Part shown: one piece after another, positions 58,801 through 64,000 of the stretch | How the letters are laid out: every line of letters begins with the position of its first letter | Numbering within the stretch: the first letter of the stretch is position 1 | Origin: Chitinophagales bacterium | GTDB taxonomy: Bacteria; Bacteroidota; Bacteroidia; Chitinophagales; CAIODY01 | Assembly (NCBI GenBank): GCA_947452995.1 | Contig: CANGEV010000001.1 | Coordinates: 389,040 to 453,039 of the forward strand | Direction: 5' to 3' | DNA length: 64,000 nt | Position numbers and translations under genes: made by a program | Notes under the pieces: generated by a model | What the model was told of the DNA's origin: nothing | The model's database searches: none | The model's input: only the letters and a program-made list of their open reading frames with translations

Positions 58801-59910
58801 GTGGAAAACAAATTCTCTACCCCCGCCGTTCTCTTATTGGAAGATGGAACCGTTTTTAACGGATTTGCTGCTGGAAAAATCGGCACAACTACAGGCGAAA
58901 TTTGTTTTAATACCGGAATGACCGGCTATCAAGAAATTTTTACAGACCCGAGTTATTATAAGCAGATCATCGTCATGACCAATATTTTCATTGGGAATTA
59001 TGGTGTAAAAGAAGTGGATACCGAGAGTAATAGTATGAAAATCGCTGGCTTGGTCTGCAAAAATTGGGTTCCTCAATTTAGTCGCCCTTTGGCTGACGGC
59101 AACATACAAACATACTTTGAAGATAATGCAATGGTGGGTATTCAAGGTGTTGATACACGCGCCATAGTAAGACATATCCGTAATGCAGGAGCGATGAATG
59201 CTATTATCTCTTCAGAAACAACGGATATCGCTGTTTTAAGGAAAAAACTAGCGCAAGAACCATCCATGAATGGCTTAGAACTTTCTAGTTTAGTTTCCAC
59301 GAAAGAAGCCTATACATTTGGTGACGAAAATGCAATGTTCAAAGTTGCGGTAATGGATTTTGGTGTAAAGCGAAATATCTTAAAAAGCCTGGCTGAACGA
59401 GGATGTTATTTAAAGGTTTTTCCAGCGAAAACGGCTTACAACGAATTAACGGCCTTTAACCCAGATGGTTTTTTTGTAAGTAATGGCCCTGGAGATCCTT
59501 CAGCAATGCCTTATGCAGTAGAAACGGTAAAGCATATGTTAGAGAGCAATAAGCCCTTGTTTGGCATATGTCTCGGGCATCAGTTATTGGCACAAGCAAA
59601 TGGGATTCCAACCTATAAAATGCACAATGGACATCGCGGGATAAATCATCCAGTTAAGAATGTGCTAACGGGCCTTTGTGAAATCACTTCACAAAATCAT
59701 GGTTTTTCGGTAGATGCAGATGCGGTACGACAAAACAAGAATATTGAAATCACGCATGTCAATTTAAATGACGAAACAATTGAAGGTATACGCGTAAAGG
59801 ATAGACCAGCATTTAGTGTGCAATATCATCCTGAAAGCAATCCTGGTCCTCACGATAGCCGATATTTGTTCGACCAATTCATCGACTTGTTAAAAAGCAG
59901 TAAAGCTTAA
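58801..59910 (+). CDS. carA: carbamoyl-phosphate synthase small (glutamine amidotransferase) subunit
   Basis: N-terminus LLLEDGTVFNG...GE(I/V)CFNTGMTGYQE. GATase triad context GICLGHQLL and ...VQYHPE. GTG start. Confidence 0.93.
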   Translation: MENKFSTPAVLLLEDGTVFNGFAAGKIGTTTGEICFNTGMTGYQEIFTDPSYYKQIIVMTNIFIGNYGVKEVDTESNSMKIAGLVCKNWVPQFSRPLADGNIQTYFEDNAMVGIQGVDTRAIVRHIRNAGAMNAIISSETTDIAVLRKKLAQEPSMNGLELSSLVSTKEAYTFGDENAMFKVAVMDFGVKRNILKSLAERGCYLKVFPAKTAYNELTAFNPDGFFVSNGPGDPSAMPYAVETVKHMLESNKPLFGICLGHQLLAQANGIPTYKMHNGHRGINHPVKNVLTGLCEITSQNHGFSVDADAVRQNKNIEITHVNLNDETIEGIRVKDRPAFSVQYHPESNPGPHDSRYLFDQFIDLLKSSKA

Positions 59911-59946
59911 CTATTTCCCCAAAAGGATTTCTTAACTTAGTTGTCG

Positions 59947-61821
59947 ATGAGACTCGACACTACCTTTTATTGGAAGAACCTATGCACGTTAGTATTTATA
60001 CTTGCGCTTAGTATTGGTGTAGCGCTTGGACAAAGCCAAGAAGACTTAGATTTGGCAAAGGCCTATTATCAGAATGGCGAATTAGAGAAAGCATTAGTCC
60101 TGTATGAAAAAATTTTCAATAAGGCGCCTGAAAACACAGCAATTTACGGCCCCTACCTCAGCTGTCTAAAAAACGCAAAGCTGAATGACAAAGCAGAAAA
60201 GCTGATAAAGAAAGAAATCAAACAATTCCCCTTAGAGCCTGGTTTTAAATTCGATTTGTTACAGTTGTATCAACAAATTGGCGAAGCAAAAAAAGCAGAG
60301 GCTATATTGAAGGATATCAAAAAATCAGTCAACAAGCCGGATCATTTACTGGTTGAAAAAACAGCCAAAGCCTTCATTGAAAATAGAATGTGGGAAGATG
60401 CTATTGCTGTCTATTTAAAAGGGAATGAGTTATTTAACGATCCTGAAAGATATAACTATCAAATTGCATCTATCTATGGAAAACAAGAGAAATGGGAAGA
60501 GCTCTATACCTTATTAATACAAATTCTTGGCAGAGATGAAAGTAGAATTCAAGAAGTAAAAAACACACTTCAAACGTATTTAATAACATCAAAGACCTCT
60601 AATTTACTGAAAGAAAAGCTCTATTCAGAAATTCAAAAGCGCCCATCCTATATTCCTTATATGGATTTATTGCTATGGGTTTATGTGCAGGATGAAGATT
60701 TTAAAAATGCGGTAAAGTATAGTATTCAATTCGACAAACGTCTTCGTCAAAATGGATTAATCGTATTGAATATTGGAGATCAGGCGATGCAAGAAAAATT
60801 CTACAATGAAGCCATTACTGCATATAACTATGTGGTTGGACTAGGAAAAGATCAGGATTATTTTTACCAAGCACAAATGAGTTTATTCGATGCACAAAAG
60901 CAAAAACTACTATCTGGCAAATATAGTATTGCAGATTTGAATGCACTTAGAAGCCTTTATCTAGCGACCATTAAAGACTATGAAAGAGAAAGAAGAACGT
61001 ATGAACTTATTGATATTAATATCGACTTAGCAGAACTTTATGGTGAGTACTTGATGAAAACAGATTCCGCAATTGAAGTCTTGAATGCTGTCATCAATAC
61101 AATGCCAGTGGATGCAAATCAACTTTTAAATTGTAAGGTAAAGCTTGGCGATTATTACCTAATAGGTGATTCTCCTTGGGAAGCAACCTTATTATATAGC
61201 CAGGTTGACAAAGCTGCACCGGGGTCCGAAATCGGGGAATTAGCACGTTTTAAAAATGCAAAATGGAGTTATTATCAGGGAGATTTTGCTTGGGCTCAAT
61301 CACAGATGGACATATTAAAAAGCAGTACCAGTGAGCTCATCGCGAATGACGCTTTGAATTTAACGATTTTCATAAGTGAAAATCTTGGCAGTGGCGCTGA
61401 CAGTTTAGGTAATATCAACAGCATGAAAATGTATGCAAAAGCAGATTTATTAAGCTTTCAACATCAGACGAGCATAGCACTTGCATTGTATGATAGCATT
61501 CTTATTTACTACCCTACTGCCCCACTAGCCGATGATATTTTATATGCGAAAGCAAATATCTGGATTAAAGAACAAGCCTTAGATAAAGCGTTAGACGCGT
61601 TGACTGAAATTCAACTAAAATATGGGGAGGATATTTATGGTGACGACGCTTTATATAGTAAGGCTTCTCTTTACGATTATACATTAAATGATCCAAAGAA
61701 AGCAATGGAATTATATAGTGATCTTTTCATGAAATATCCAGGCAGCACCTATGTGGTGCAAGCAAAAAAAAGGTATAGGCAATTACGTGGTGACAAACTA
61801 ACAGACACGACAACCGAATAA
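59947..61821 (+). CDS. tetratricopeptide-repeat protein, secreted or periplasmic
   Basis: Signal-like N-terminus. Multiple A-x-x-x-Y/A-x-x-x-P TPR-type helical pairs. ATG at 59947 preferred over TTG at 59941. Confidence 0.7.
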   Translation: MRLDTTFYWKNLCTLVFILALSIGVALGQSQEDLDLAKAYYQNGELEKALVLYEKIFNKAPENTAIYGPYLSCLKNAKLNDKAEKLIKKEIKQFPLEPGFKFDLLQLYQQIGEAKKAEAILKDIKKSVNKPDHLLVEKTAKAFIENRMWEDAIAVYLKGNELFNDPERYNYQIASIYGKQEKWEELYTLLIQILGRDESRIQEVKNTLQTYLITSKTSNLLKEKLYSEIQKRPSYIPYMDLLLWVYVQDEDFKNAVKYSIQFDKRLRQNGLIVLNIGDQAMQEKFYNEAITAYNYVVGLGKDQDYFYQAQMSLFDAQKQKLLSGKYSIADLNALRSLYLATIKDYERERRTYELIDINIDLAELYGEYLMKTDSAIEVLNAVINTMPVDANQLLNCKVKLGDYYLIGDSPWEATLLYSQVDKAAPGSEIGELARFKNAKWSYYQGDFAWAQSQMDILKSSTSELIANDALNLTIFISENLGSGADSLGNINSMKMYAKADLLSFQHQTSIALALYDSILIYYPTAPLADDILYAKANIWIKEQALDKALDALTEIQLKYGEDIYGDDALYSKASLYDYTLNDPKKAMELYSDLFMKYPGSTYVVQAKKRYRQLRGDKLTDTTTE

Positions 61822-61844
61822 TTCTTACAGTTAATTCATAAAAA

Positions 61845-61872
61845 AGCCTCCGTCAAACAACGGAGGCTTTTT
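61845..61872. terminator. bidirectional rho-independent terminator
   Basis: AGCCTCCG / CGGAGGCT stem with an 8-nt loop, flanked by AAAAA and TTTT. It sits between convergent genes. Confidence 0.75.
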
Positions 61873-61874
61873 GA

Positions 61875-64000
61875 TTATTGCTTAATGACAGGATACTTCC
61901 ATTCTAATTCTTTATACTCAACTTTCAACAAATAAGTTCCTTTCGATAATTCAGGAGTCCCTATAACTTCTCTATTACCTTCCGCAATTCCTTGTTGAAC
62001 AACTTGACCATTTATATTAATCAATTGCCATTTTAAAGATGAACGATCTCTTATTTCAAGAGGCCATTCAATCATCAAAATATCCTCAAATGGATTAGGA
62101 TAAATACGAGGCGCTGTTATGGATACCTGGTTTAAACCGACTCCAATTATTTTGCTCATGTGGAAGGAATCTGAGATGCTTGAACATCCTGCTGCATTAC
62201 TTACCAAAACTTGATAATATCCTACTTGCATTGCAGTATATGTATTGTTCGTAGCACCATTGATTGGAGCTGCAGCAAAATACCATTGATTACCAGAAGG
62301 CGAAGAAGAACTTAATACATTGCCATTTTGAGTTATAAATGGCTTTGCAGGGTTAGTGTTAACTTGCATTATGCTACTAAATGGAATACTAGTACAAGCA
62401 TTAGCCGTTGCTGTTACTGTGTAAATACCTGCATTCGCACTACTCACGTTTGCGAGTATAGGTGAAGGCAAATTAGATGTAAACCCATTTGGTCCTGTCC
62501 AACTGAATGTGGCTGCTGCATCTGAAGCTGTGGCATTCAACAATAAATTAGCGCCTTCACACACTGGTCCGTTACTTGTTAAGCTAAGAACTGACGGAGC
62601 TGCATTAATCGTCATAATTACGGGACTTGCATTCGCTTGTGAATTCGTTACGCAAGACAAATTGGAGGTCATCATTACGCTAACGCTATCTCCATTTTGG
62701 ATAGTACTAGTTATGAAGCTCGGGATAGTACTATTCGACACTAAGGTGCCATTAATATACCAGGCAAACAATGGAGCACTACCTCCATTCAACGGTGTAG
62801 CATTAAAGCTTAGTGGAACGTTTGAACATACGATATTAGAAGGGTTTGCAGCTAATGCTACGTTCGCAACAAGCGAAGGATTCACTGTTATTGCAATAGG
62901 GCTAGACGTAATACTTGCAGGAACAGTACACGCAACAGAACTAGTGACAGTTACAGCAACCTGATCTCCGTTATTTAAACTAGTTGAAACATAACTTGCG
63001 CCTGTTGCTGATGCAATCGGATTATTATTTACATACCATTGATAACTTGGATTCGTTCCGACATTTGAAGCAGTTGCATTGAAGTTCACTGCTGTCCCTG
63101 AACAGATTGTCGTTGAACTTGCATTAACCGACAAAACCGGATTAACAGGCAAACCAATTTGCATGACAATTGCAGACGAGTTAACCGGATTACTGCTTAC
63201 ACAGGCAAGACTGCTATTAAGCGAACAAGTCACCACATCATTATTTTGAAGTGCCGCGCTAGTAAAGGTTGCGCCTGTTGCTGAATTAATACCATTCACA
63301 TACCAAGTGTATGTAGGACTTACCCCTCCATTGATGGCAGTCGGAGTGAACACAACACTTGTACCCGCGCAAACAGACGTGTCGTTTGCAACAATGCTAA
63401 CACTTGGCGTTACTAAAGCATTAACAGAAATTATTATTGGTGCTGAAAGGGCCGTATTAACTGCAGCACAACTTGGATTAGCAGTTATTAAGCATGTTAC
63501 CGTATCATTATTTGACAATGAAGCTGTTGACCATTGAAAGCTTGTTGCACTAGAAACAGGAATACTATTCACACTCCACTGATAAGTAGGAGAAGTACCC
63601 ATGTTCGAAGCAGTAGCAGTAAAACTTGCACTAGTTCCAGCACAGATTGAACTACTACTAGCTGTAATTGCAATACTTGGTGTAAGCGAAGCTGTTACAG
63701 TTATTGTCTGTGGATTGGAAATAACGACTGTATTTGCACCACATACGCCAACAGCATTGAGTGTACACGTAACAATATCACCATTGTTTAATGTGTTTGA
63801 ACTGAAGACGGCTGCTGTAGCTCCGCTTACAGGCAAGGCATTGATATTCCATTGATAAGTTGGCGTGGCGCCACCATTCGCAATATTTGCGGTAAAGCTA
63901 ATATTACTTCCACTACAAATGGTTGTCGAAGACGCTGTAACAGTAATACTCGGTGCAGCACCATTTATCACAGCCATTGTAATGGCATTTGAACTTACGC
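61875..64000 (-). CDS. large T9SS-sorted surface protein built from tandem Ig-like modules; the N-terminus lies outside the window
   Basis: The frame stays open above the listed Met (63977) to the window edge. It contains five ~90-aa modules, one SWTGPNGF-type Ig module, and the C-terminal CTD RIYPNPFEDILMIEW...GTYLLKV. Confidence 0.75.
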   Translation of the reverse strand, partial: VSSNAITMAVINGAAPSITVTASSTTICSGSNISFTANIANGGATPTYQWNINALPVSGATAAVFSSNTLNNGDIVTCTLNAVGVCGANTVVISNPQTITVTASLTPSIAITASSSSICAGTSASFTATASNMGTSPTYQWSVNSIPVSSATSFQWSTASLSNNDTVTCLITANPSCAAVNTALSAPIIISVNALVTPSVSIVANDTSVCAGTSVVFTPTAINGGVSPTYTWYVNGINSATGATFTSAALQNNDVVTCSLNSSLACVSSNPVNSSAIVMQIGLPVNPVLSVNASSTTICSGTAVNFNATASNVGTNPSYQWYVNNNPIASATGASYVSTSLNNGDQVAVTVTSSVACTVPASITSSPIAITVNPSLVANVALAANPSNIVCSNVPLSFNATPLNGGSAPLFAWYINGTLVSNSTIPSFITSTIQNGDSVSVMMTSNLSCVTNSQANASPVIMTINAAPSVLSLTSNGPVCEGANLLLNATASDAAATFSWTGPNGFTSNLPSPILANVSSANAGIYTVTATANACTSIPFSSIMQVNTNPAKPFITQNGNVLSSSSPSGNQWYFAAAPINGATNNTYTAMQVGYYQVLVSNAAGCSSISDSFHMSKIIGVGLNQVSITAPRIYPNPFEDILMIEWPLEIRDRSSLKWQLININGQVVQQGIAEGNREVIGTPELSKGTYLLKVEYKELEWKYPVIKQ
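62604..64000 (-). repeat. at least five tandem ~90-aa (about 270-bp) modules with a conserved I/V-C-x-G ... P-[ST]-Y-x-W ... D-x-V-x-C pattern
   Basis: The Cys-x-Gly anchor recurs at residues 20, 111, 202, 291 and 383 of the listed ORF, giving periods of 91, 91, 89 and 92 aa. The array continues past the window edge. Confidence 0.6.

Noticed and set aside
62509-63855. Plus-strand ORFs (151, 76 and 84 aa) inside the repeat region.
   Set aside because: They are antisense shadows of the Thr/Ser/Ala/Asn-rich repeat modules. The minus-strand frame is continuous, periodic and ends in a T9SS CTD.
1-64000. A scan for CRISPR arrays, tRNA/rRNA/tmRNA genes, IS elements, integrases, phage genes, toxin-antitoxin pairs and known defence genes.
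   Set aside because: No intergenic region exceeds ~210 bp. I saw no direct-repeat/spacer periodicity and no transposase, recombinase, nuclease or ATPase signatures of defence systems in any ORF. This was done by eye only, so tRNAscan, Infernal, and PADLOC or DefenseFinder should confirm it.

Overview
This is a gene-dense chromosomal segment: about 2.2 kb of the 64 kb is intergenic by my gene calls, and GC is roughly 40% by eye. It comes from a Bacteroidota genome. Supporting markers are the uppS-bamA-skp cluster, TAnnTTTG -7 promoter boxes, many T9SS C-terminal sorting domains, a PorQ-like gene and a gliding-motility type-B C-terminal domain protein. I call about 58 protein-coding genes. I found no rRNA, tRNA, CRISPR array, transposase, integrase or phage gene.

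Most of the content is housekeeping:
- Biosynthesis and metabolism: dapA, purH, kbl, ridA, coaX, gcvT, ilvE, pdxJ, carA, a thiolase, an enoyl-CoA hydratase, an acyl-CoA synthetase, a GlcD-like oxidase and a polyprenyl synthase.
- Translation and RNA modification: rplY, rsmD, tadA.
- Envelope and transport: uppS, bamA, three ompH/skp paralogues, lspA and a P1B-type ATPase.

These are interleaved with at least seven predicted T9SS cargo proteins, two of them built from long tandem modules.

I see no convincing defence system, biosynthetic gene cluster or mobile element. The least ordinary loci are:
1. A translationally coupled minus-strand operon at 14.1-18.3 kb. It encodes a tail-fibre-like secreted protein, a T9SS-sorted PGAP1-like serine hydrolase and two small lipoproteins. 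I flag it as a candidate secreted-lipase plus periplasmic inhibitor/immunity (or foldase) module.
2. A 585-aa protein at 33.8-35.6 kb with a zinc phospholipase C / S1-P1-type H-x3-D-x5-H motif and a beta-rich C-terminal domain.
3. A minimal 2-TM channel-like protein at 27.9-28.3 kb.

All functional calls rest on motif recognition and remembered family signatures, not on database searches. Coordinates of small motifs may be off by 1-2 nt.
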